Of a stretch of 64,000 nucleotides of DNA, positions 39,584 through 45,863 are shown in pieces (positions within the stretch are counted from its first letter, which is position 1; every line of letters starts with the position of its first letter). The stretch lies in IMG/VR virus record IMGVR_UViG_3300010938_000951, positions 1 to 64,000 of that record; one strand, 5' to 3'. The notes beneath the pieces are model-generated. The model was not told where the DNA came from and ran no database searches. It saw only the letters and a program-made list of their open reading frames with translations. Both the position numbers and the translations under genes were made by a program.

Positions 39584-40356
39584 TGGAAAAATGGCACGAC
39601 CCATCTCTTCCATTAGGTAAGAGATGTATAGAATTTGCAAAAAATGAAATGGCTAATGGCGTAGCTGAGGATAAACCTAATTCATTTACCTCACCCCGCA
39701 TTAGAGAGTATTTTAGCATCTGTACTCGATTAATTAATGGCAAAGAAACTCCAATTGGAAAGACTTTTAAAGCTGGAAATTGGTGTTCAGCGGGCGTGTC
39801 TTTTACTTTACATAACTGTTATTTAGAACAAGATGGTTCCCTTCCGCACGGCTACAGATTGGGCGTAATCGAAGTTATGTCTGACATGCAAAAGAAGGGA
39901 ACCTACCGTTCTATTGATCAAGTAAGGAAAGGTCTCTACAAGATTAAAGTAGGCGATCCGGTCTTTTTTGATCGTAGTAATCCAAACAATCCTGCCTCTT
40001 CTTGGTGGCGTCATATTGGATTTGTTTATTCTGTTGAGGCTAATGGTAAATTTATTTGTATTAGCGGTAATAACGGTGGTAGGTGGAGGCTAAGTAATCA
40101 TGATATCAATCAAAAATCTTTACTAGGTTTTGGTGACTATCCTGATGTTAGTGTGGTACAAACAGTTCCAGATGTTGTTGTCGTTAATACTACAGTAGTG
40201 ACAACGCCACCTGCCCCTCCAGAACCTTCTGTTAATATAGATGATTTAGATGACCAGTCATTAACCCCGCCACCACATGATACTGGCAAGGGACTAGGTG
40301 TTAAGAATCCTTTGGTTGCCATTATTGATTTTATCCTTAGTCTATTTAAGAGGTAA
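39583..40356 (+). CDS. CHAP/NlpC-like peptidoglycan hydrolase candidate
   Basis: WCSAGV, GDPVFF, HIGFV, ISGN. Confidence 0.65.
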   Translation: MEKWHDPSLPLGKRCIEFAKNEMANGVAEDKPNSFTSPRIREYFSICTRLINGKETPIGKTFKAGNWCSAGVSFTLHNCYLEQDGSLPHGYRLGVIEVMSDMQKKGTYRSIDQVRKGLYKIKVGDPVFFDRSNPNNPASSWWRHIGFVYSVEANGKFICISGNNGGRWRLSNHDINQKSLLGFGDYPDVSVVQTVPDVVVVNTTVVTTPPAPPEPSVNIDDLDDQSLTPPPHDTGKGLGVKNPLVAIIDFILSLFKR

Positions 40357-40359
40357 ATA

Positions 40360-40566
40360 ATGTGTGCGGTATCTGTGATTTATGATATGTTTGGCAAGCA
40401 GCCTGATGATTGGTATACACTAGACCGCATTGATTTGTTTAAACGCATGGTGGCTGACGCTAAAGTTTTTGATGAAGAATCTGGTCAGCCCGATTGTGAA
40501 GATCCTGAAAAAGCAAAAATTACTGAACGTATAGAAAATCTAGAAAAAGAATTAGAGCAAAAATAA
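40360..40566 (+). CDS. small conserved phage protein
   Basis: MCAVSVIYD...QPDCEDPEK. Confidence 0.55.
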   Translation: MCAVSVIYDMFGKQPDDWYTLDRIDLFKRMVADAKVFDEESGQPDCEDPEKAKITERIENLEKELEQK

Positions 40567-41087
40567 TGTGCAAAGCTATTTACGCTGGTACGTTTGATCC
40601 TATCACTTTCGGTCATATGGATATTATTAAACGTACTATGCAGTTCGCTAGAGAATTAGTGATTGTAGTTGGAATTAATTCAAATAAACAAACTCTTTTT
40701 ACAGAAGAAGAACGAATTAATTTGATTAATAAATCATTTGATTCTGAAATAGATTTTCTAACGGGCACCAATATTAAAGTAGTTTCTTATCAAGGGTTGA
40801 TGGTAAGCTATGCTAAAGAAATTGGTGCATCTATAATGGTTAGAGGTATTAGATCAGTTTCTGATTTTGAATATGAAATCAACTTAGCTAATGTTAATAA
40901 AACCTTAGCACCAGATATAGAGACTGTCTTTTTACCAACTCGTCCTGAACTAGCTGTTGTTTCTTCTTCGATGGTTAAGGAGATTGCTAAGTTTAATAGA
41001 GATATTAAACAGTATGTTCCAGGCTGTGTAGCAGAAGCAATAGTTTCTAAATTTGGTTTTGTCAAGTTTGGGGAGCCGCAAAAATAA
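40566..41087 (+). CDS. coaD: phosphopantetheine adenylyltransferase
   Basis: YAGTFDPITFGHMDII, RGIRSVSDFEYE, VSSSMVKEIA. Confidence 0.95.
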   Translation: MCKAIYAGTFDPITFGHMDIIKRTMQFARELVIVVGINSNKQTLFTEEERINLINKSFDSEIDFLTGTNIKVVSYQGLMVSYAKEIGASIMVRGIRSVSDFEYEINLANVNKTLAPDIETVFLPTRPELAVVSSSMVKEIAKFNRDIKQYVPGCVAEAIVSKFGFVKFGEPQK

Positions 41088-41100
41088 AAATTAGGGCCAC

Positions 41101-41128
41101 TTGACGGTTCAATTTTTTGGTATACAAT
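41101..41128 (+). promoter_or_regulatory. sigma70-like promoter of the tRNA / Y-like RNA array
   Basis: TTGACG-N16-TACAAT. Confidence 0.7.
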
Positions 41129-41202
41129 GTTCGTTATCCAAATCGCGAAATCGAAAAATCTGGGCATAGCCTGATATAGATGATACGATTCCGCATTTTC
41201 AT

Positions 41203-41285
41203 GGGGGAGTAGCTCAGAGAAAGAGCGCAAGGAGTCCGTAAGGAAAACCTTGAGGTCCCAGGTTTAATTCCTGGCTCCCCCACCA
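41203..41285 (+). ncRNA. tRNA-like RNA with anticodon loop replaced by a GNRA hairpin
   Basis: GGGGGAG/CTCCCCC-ACCA; CAAGG[AG-TCC-GTAA-GGA-AAA]CCTTG. Confidence 0.75.
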
Positions 41286-41326
41286 AGCCATATATTAGTA
41301 GCGTCCTAGGTACTAATAGGCTATAT

Positions 41327-41403
41327 GGGACAGTAGCTCAGTGTTAGAGCACCGGCCTTTAACTGCCGGGGGTCGCTGGTTCAACTCCATGCCTGTCCCA
41401 CCA
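41327..41403 (+). tRNA. atypical tRNA with 8-nt anticodon loop CTTTAACT (identity undetermined)
   Basis: GGGACAG/CTGTCCC-ACCA; bulged T stem. Confidence 0.65.
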
Positions 41404-41463
41404 AACCGAATGCAAGTAGGATTACATCGGATTAAAAATAATCTTACTAACCTTTCGTCGGTT
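41404..41463 (+). ncRNA. Y-like scaffold RNA 1 (no cargo)
   Basis: AACCGA/TCGGTT and AGTAGGATTA/TAATCTTACT stems; CCGAATG and GGATTACAT motifs. Confidence 0.7.
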
Positions 41464-41465
41464 AT

Positions 41466-41552
41466 CCTGTCTGATTCGATGCCTGGGAGCATCTACCGGC
41501 TGTAACCCGGTCGCCAATGTGCTAAGTGGTTCGACTCCACCAGGCAGGACCA
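41466..41552 (+). tRNA. tRNA with Tyr anticodon (GTA), 8/4 allo-tRNA-like fold
   Basis: CCTGTCTG/CAGGCAGG-ACCA, 4-bp T stem, loop CTGTAAC. Confidence 0.75.
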
Positions 41553-41652
41553 AAACTAAACTGTAATAGGAGCTTCGGCTCTAATATTTGTGACGCACAA
41601 GAGTTAAGCAAGTATTTACAGTCTGTTCAATGACAACTGAATATCTGTTTAT

Positions 41653-41729
41653 CGGGGATTAGCTCAATCTGGTAGAGCGCTAGTTTTGGGTACTAGATGT
41701 TGCACGTTCAAATCGTGTATCCCCGACCA
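41653..41729 (+). tRNA. tRNA-Pro(TGG)
   Basis: cloverleaf, loop TTTGGGT, CCA. Confidence 0.9.
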
Positions 41730-41870
41730 TAGAAGATGGTCCTAATCACAGCCCCACAAGGGCCGCGAGTGGAAAACAATAGCATCATACTAGTTCTGAG
41801 TAAGCGGTATTGGTATCTGGCTTACGCTTTCCTTTTCCACAAGTAGGTTGACCTTTTACCAAATCTTCTA
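41730..41870 (+). ncRNA. unknown rod-like RNA between tRNAs
   Basis: nested TAGAAGAT/ATCTTCTA, GTGGAAAA/TTTTCCAC, GTAAGC/GCTTAC. Confidence 0.55.
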
Positions 41871-41875
41871 GTAAT

Positions 41876-41951
41876 GGCCCTGTCGTCTAATGGATAGGAT
41901 AAGAGACTTTCACCCTCTTGATGTTGGGTTCGATTCCCACCAGGGTCGCCA
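41876..41951 (+). tRNA. tRNA-Glu(TTC)
   Basis: cloverleaf, loop CTTTCAC, GCCA. Confidence 0.88.
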
Positions 41952-42059
41952 TGACGAATGCCCGAAAGGGTTTACATTGTATGCGAAACAATCCGATGGA
42001 GTTCGATTCTCCTTTAAGGCTGGTGCCAGGTAAAACAACTCTTTCATTATTAGTCGTCA
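41952..42059 (+). ncRNA. Y-like scaffold RNA 2 (anticodon arm GCG plus T arm)
   Basis: TGACGA/TCGTCA, GAAAGGGTT/AACTCTTTC; ATTGT-ATGCGAA-ACAAT; GGAG-TTCGATT-CTCC. Confidence 0.75.
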
Positions 42060-42061
42060 AT

Positions 42062-42138
42062 CAGAGCGTGGTGTTTAATGGCTAGCATCCGTGGTCTGGA
42101 ACCATGTGGAGTCAGTTCGAATCTGACCGCTCTGACCA
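42062..42138 (+). tRNA. tRNA-Pro(TGG), C33 variant
   Basis: CAGAGCG/CGCTCTG-ACCA, loop TCTGGAA. Confidence 0.8.
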
Positions 42139-42185
42139 ATGCCAGTATAACTCAAATATAATTTGGTAGATTAGTTTGGGCTGGT

Positions 42186-42321
42186 ACATACCGAATGAGC
42201 TTAAGAGCTACTTAGTCCTAAGGTAGGCAGTCCGCTTACCTGACAATGAATGTAGCTACCTTAAAACAACCGTTATAGTTAGGCTCTAAAGGAATTGTGA
42301 CAAACATTTTTGTCGGTATGT
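42186..42321 (+). ncRNA. Y-like scaffold RNA 3 (divergent)
   Basis: ACATACCGA/TCGGTATGT with CCGAATG and TTTGTCGG; lacks GGATTACAT. Confidence 0.55.
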
Positions 42322-42326
42322 TTTAT

Positions 42327-42403
42327 CAGGGAATGATGTTTAATGGCTAGCATCCTACCTTCGGAGAGTAGAAGTCCCGGTTCGAATCCGGGTTCCCTGA
42401 CCA
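42327..42403 (+). tRNA. tRNA-Pro(CGG)
   Basis: CAGGGAA/TTCCCTG-ACCA, loop TTCGGAG. Confidence 0.85.
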
Positions 42404-42536
42404 TCAGCAAATGCCTGTAGGGATTACATTGCATTTGGAGCACGAGGAGAAGGTCCGATTCCTTCCGGCCCGACCATATCGGGACGAGGTGTTATGGCAG
42501 CACGCGTAAAAATAGTCTCTCAATTCTTGTTGCTGA
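42404..42536 (+). ncRNA. Y-like scaffold RNA 4 (circularly permuted Pro-type tRNA)
   Basis: TCAGCAA/TTGCTGA scaffold; order anticodon, T arm, CGGCCCG-ACCA, CGGGACG, D arm. Confidence 0.8.
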
Positions 42537-42815
42537 ATATCTTCGCATTAGTGTAATAGCTAGTGCGAGGACCATGAGGTCACTCAACTGAAACCTCATC
42601 CATCTAAACGGTCGTCCATTATCGGTTAGAGGAAAATGTAAAGTGGACGTAGCCACAAGGTTCCCAGCGATCGAATGGCTACATTATATTGTTTGAAACT
42701 ATCACTGGGGGCGTAATCGGTTGCGCTTGATATTCCGATGACTAATGGGAGTGAAGATAGTTCCATTGCAGCCCGCAGCTATCACGATATAGTAACTCAG
42801 CGGGATGCGTTTTAT

Positions 42816-42889
42816 TCCGAGGTCGTTCAAAGGCAGGACGGGTCGCTGTTAACGACTCTATGTTGGTTCGATTCCAGCCCTCGGAGCCA
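42816..42889 (+). tRNA. tRNA-Asn(GTT)
   Basis: cloverleaf, loop CTGTTAA. Confidence 0.92.
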
Positions 42890-42892
42890 TAT

Positions 42893-42979
42893 TCTGCGGT
42901 AGCCTAATGGTAAGGCAGGCGGCTGTTAACCGCCCGGTGGTAAAACACTTTCTAGGTTCGAGTCCTAGCTGCAGAGCCA
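42893..42979 (+). tRNA. tRNA-Asn(GTT) with long variable arm
   Basis: loop CTGTTAA; extra arm GGTG-GTAAAA-CACT. Confidence 0.85.
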
Positions 42980-42987
42980 AATAATAC

Positions 42988-43342
42988 GGGGACTGATTAG
43001 ACTGGAATGATCCGTATTAGGTGTTGCGTTTGGTCAGTTCTGCGCAACGACAGGAGTTGTCACCGGAACTTTAACCCGGCCAATCTTCTGAGATGAATGC
43101 GGTAAGGACTACATTACTAATAGCGATCCGCAAGGACAACCCACTCCTTTACAGTACACAAGAGCGGTAGAAAATGCAAACTGAGTACCTGACAAACTTG
43201 ATAACCAGTAAAGCTTCAAGTGTAGGCGGTGAACTACTAAAATTTGCTGCGGACCTTATCGATATCCATAACAGGACTCTTTAAGCAAACCCGCTGTCTT
43301 TACTACCTCTTGTATTGAAATACAAGTTCTTGTCATCAATCT
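42988..43342 (+). ncRNA. unknown ~350-nt structured RNA
   Basis: no ORF; long-range pairings GACAGGAGTTGT/ACAAGTTCTTGTC and ACAAGAG(C)GGTAG/CTACCTCTTGT. Confidence 0.5.
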
Positions 43343-43344
43343 AT

Positions 43345-43419
43345 TCCGCTCTAGTGTAATTAGCACGACGATCCTTTTTCGGGTCGGGGGTCATGGTTCG
43401 AGTCCATGGGGCGGAGCCA
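43345..43419 (+). tRNA. atypical tRNA (T-rich anticodon loop, identity undetermined)
   Basis: TCCGCTC/GGGCGGA-GCCA; arm CGATC-CTTTTTCG-GGTCG. Confidence 0.65.
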
Positions 43420-43500
43420 AAGCGAGCCATAGAGGAACTTCCTTCTACTCATTTATTAACTGAAAACAGTTCTTCTGCTTTCTCGCTAACTTTTACTACT

Positions 43501-43674
43501 ATGGAAAAAATTGCAACATATAATTTGTCTGAATGTATTCATGCCCGCAATGGTTTAAATGAGCCTTTATGTGGGTTTGATCCTAAACAGGCAAAATTAA
43601 CAGACAACATAGAAGAAGTTGACTGTCCTAGTTGCAAGAAATATAAACAATTTCATCGTTCACAACCAATTTAA
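43501..43674 (+). CDS. small Cys/His protein
   Basis: CIH..LCG..VDCPSC. Confidence 0.5.
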   Translation: MEKIATYNLSECIHARNGLNEPLCGFDPKQAKLTDNIEEVDCPSCKKYKQFHRSQPI

Positions 43675-43689
43675 TACCATGAGAAAATT

Positions 43690-44118
43690 ATGTTTACATC
43701 TACCGGAATCTTGCATTATGATCCCGGCTTGGGATCTAAACAATATGACCCTTGGTGGGCTCTTCTAATCTGTGACGATGAAGTGTCTAGGTATTATGCC
43801 TGGTTATTAAAGAGAAATGGAGTAGAAGTTTATCCCAATGATAAAGGATTGTGGGGCACACACGTTTCAGTTTTGAAAGGTCAAATCCCAGAAAATACGA
43901 CTAATTGGGGGAAATACGAAGGCTACGAAGTAGAATTCCATTACAATCATCTTGTCCGTTATGATAACGGTAAACATGCTTGGGTGGATGTATATTCCGA
44001 AGATTTATCGTATATACGTCAAGAATTAGGATTCGAGGCAAAGCCCTGGTATCACTTGACAATAGGAAGATTAGTTAGGCCATATGCAGTAGACTTTACA
44101 AAGTATGGCATAACATGA
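43690..44118 (+). CDS. 2H phosphoesterase-like protein
   Basis: two HxS/T motifs: THVSV and YHLTI. Confidence 0.65.
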   Translation: MFTSTGILHYDPGLGSKQYDPWWALLICDDEVSRYYAWLLKRNGVEVYPNDKGLWGTHVSVLKGQIPENTTNWGKYEGYEVEFHYNHLVRYDNGKHAWVDVYSEDLSYIRQELGFEAKPWYHLTIGRLVRPYAVDFTKYGIT

Positions 44119-44132
44119 TATAACTGCTATAC

Positions 44133-44207
44133 GGTCCCGTCGTTCAATGGTTAGGACAGCACCTTGTCACGGTGCATACGAGGGTTCGATTCCCTTCGGG
44201 ACCGCCA
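44133..44207 (+). tRNA. tRNA-Asp(GTC)
   Basis: cloverleaf, loop TTGTCAC. Confidence 0.92.
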
Positions 44208-44216
44208 GCATATAAT

Positions 44217-44291
44217 GCCTCCGTACGCATCTGGTGAAGCGGGGTGATTGTCAATCATCTGAGGGCGGTTCGATTCCGCTCGGGGGCGCCA
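44217..44291 (+). tRNA. tRNA-Asp(GTC)
   Basis: cloverleaf, loop TTGTCAA. Confidence 0.85.
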
Positions 44292-44362
44292 AGCCAAATG
44301 CCTTGATAGGATTACATTGAACTGTTAATTCAAACCTATATCTTATCTAATTTTTGTTGGCT
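44292..44362 (+). ncRNA. Y-like scaffold RNA 5 (isolated Asn anticodon stem-loop)
   Basis: AGCCAA/TTGGCT, GATAGGAT/ATCTTATC; cargo TTGAA-CTGTTAA-TTCAA. Confidence 0.8.
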
Positions 44363-44366
44363 ACAT

Positions 44367-44445
44367 CGGACAAAAGGTAAGCTGGTGGCATCCGGAAGTC
44401 TTATAAACTTCTCATAGGAGGGTTCGATTCCCTCTTGTCCGACCA
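44367..44445 (+). tRNA. tRNA-Ile(TAT)
   Basis: CGGACAA/TTGTCCG-ACCA, GAAGT-CTTATAA-ACTTC. Confidence 0.8.
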
Positions 44446-44448
44446 TAT

Positions 44449-44525
44449 GGCACGGTAGTCCAAAGGCAGGAGACACCTGACTTAAAATCAGTTCAGTGTG
44501 GGTTCGAATCCCACCCGTGCTACCA
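44449..44525 (+). tRNA. tRNA-Leu(TAA), short variable loop
   Basis: loop CTTAAAA, CCA. Confidence 0.85.
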
Positions 44526-44557
44526 AATGATAATCTTGCGCAAGATTATCAGATAAA

Positions 44558-44702
44558 GACAGAATGCCCCGAAGGAATACATAGAACAGCAATTGAATGA
44601 AAATCAATAGATTGTAGGTGCGAATCCTACCTCTCCCACCAATAATAAGATATATGGGAGGGAAGCTAAATAAAACAAACTTCTTTCAAATCTTTGTCTG
44701 TC
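44558..44702 (+). ncRNA. Y-like scaffold RNA 6 (circularly permuted tRNA-Phe)
   Basis: GACAGA/TCTGTC; ATTGA-ATGAAAA-TCAAT, T arm, CTCTCCC-ACCA, linker, GGGAGGG. Confidence 0.8.
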
Positions 44703-44705
44703 AAT

Positions 44706-44781
44706 GGAGCTTGAGCAAGTGTGGTCATTGCATCGGTCTGAAAAGCCGACAAATCCGGTTCGATCCCGGAAGGCTCCACCA
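44706..44781 (+). tRNA. tRNA-Phe(GAA)
   Basis: loop CTGAAAA, CCA. Confidence 0.85.
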
Positions 44782-44790
44782 ACTACCAAT

Positions 44791-44865
44791 GGTCCTGTAG
44801 CTCAGTGGTAGAGCGCTTGCCTGAAGAGCAGGGCGTCGGGGGTTCAATTCCCTCCGGGACCACCA
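44791..44865 (+). tRNA. tRNA-Phe(GAA)
   Basis: loop CTGAAGA, CCA. Confidence 0.92.
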
Positions 44866-45219
44866 ATGAGAATTGTTCAGAAGCCTTGGGGCCATGAAGA
44901 AATCTGGGCCGAAACTGACAGTTATGTTGGTAAAATCCTAGTAATTAATCCTGGTCACAAACTTTCTCGACAATATCATAATTTCAAAGAAGAAACTTTT
45001 AGAGTACTAGAAGGTATTCTTTATCTTGAAATTGGCAATCCTGGTGATATAGATTTTGCTACTTATACTTTATATGAAGGAAATTCTTTTCATTGCCCGC
45101 CAAAAACAATTCATAGAATGATTTGTTCTACTGGCAATATTCAGGCAGTTAAAGTACTAGAAGTATCGACCAATCATTTGGATGATGTAGTAAGACTAGA
45201 AGATGACTATAAAAGATAA
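44866..45219 (+). CDS. cupin (mannose-6-phosphate isomerase C-terminal-like)
   Basis: KPWGHE, LSRQYH..KEET, IHR, DDVVRLEDDY. Confidence 0.85.
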   Translation: MRIVQKPWGHEEIWAETDSYVGKILVINPGHKLSRQYHNFKEETFRVLEGILYLEIGNPGDIDFATYTLYEGNSFHCPPKTIHRMICSTGNIQAVKVLEVSTNHLDDVVRLEDDYKR

Positions 45220-45394
45220 AATAGTAGAGTTAGAAATTGAAAGACTTTCTTTATTAGAAGTAGTAAGGCAATTTACAATACATGATTGCGATGCAAGAAT
45301 GTGGTGTGAACTAAATGAATTCTTAATAAAGATTGAAGAAAGAGCAGAAGAAATAAATCGTGCCATAGCTCAGTTGGTTAGAGCGCATGTCTGA
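45203..45394 (+). CDS. hypothetical protein overlapping tRNA-Ile
   Basis: short ORF. Confidence 0.4.
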   Translation: MTIKDKIVELEIERLSLLEVVRQFTIHDCDARMWCELNEFLIKIEERAEEINRAIAQLVRAHV

Positions 45395-45435
45395 TACACA
45401 TGAGGTCGCAGGTTCGACTCCCGCTGGCACGACCA
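45359..45435 (+). tRNA. tRNA-Ile(GAT)
   Basis: loop CTGATAC, CCA. Confidence 0.92.
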
Positions 45436-45444
45436 AGATAACAT

Positions 45445-45519
45445 GGGATGTTAGTTCAACGGTGAGAACGGAAGTCCGATAAACTTCAGACAATGGTTCA
45501 ACTCCATTACATCCTACCA
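45445..45519 (+). tRNA. tRNA-Ile(GAT), C33 variant
   Basis: GAAGT-CCGATAA-ACTTC, CCA. Confidence 0.8.
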
Positions 45520-45520
45520 C

Positions 45521-45660
45521 TGAAACAAATGCTCGCAGAGGATTACATCGCATATCCAGCGGGTTACGTGAGTGCGAATCTCACTCTCAGCTCATTATGC
45601 TGAGATCGTCTAGCAGTCTAGGACACCTAAAAAATAGTCTTCTCAATTCTTGTTGTTTCA
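45521..45660 (+). ncRNA. Y-like scaffold RNA 7 (circularly permuted Gly-type tRNA)
   Basis: TGAAACAA/TTGTTTCA; CGC-ATATCCA-GCG, T arm, TCTCAGC/GCTGAGA, D arm. Confidence 0.8.
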
Positions 45661-45667
45661 CAATTAT

Positions 45668-45863
45668 GCCTCCTATCATGGCTGGAAACTGATAGCGATA
45701 CCACCAGGCGGTCCCAGAGGGATGCAGCAGGGGAAGTACAAGAGTATCAAACAGAAGGGACGCCTTCTAGCCTGCTCACATGGTTGGAAACTGTGACGCG
45801 GTCTTGGTCGCGATAGACCAAGTAGTAAAACCGCAAGCCTGCCCACATGGTCGGAAACTGTGG
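45668..45863 (+). repeat. three copies of a hairpin with conserved core CATGGYYGGAAACTG
   Basis: copies at 45668, 45770 and 45837 with co-varying stems. Confidence 0.75.

Noticed and set aside
42988-43419. tmRNA (starts GGGGACTG, about the right length)
   Set aside because: No matching 3' T arm or acceptor strand with G3:U70 and CCA, and no tag ORF. The downstream CCA belongs to a separate tRNA at 43345.
45668-45863. CRISPR mini-array
   Set aside because: The repeats vary by compensatory changes, the spacers are unequal and structured, and no cas genes are present.
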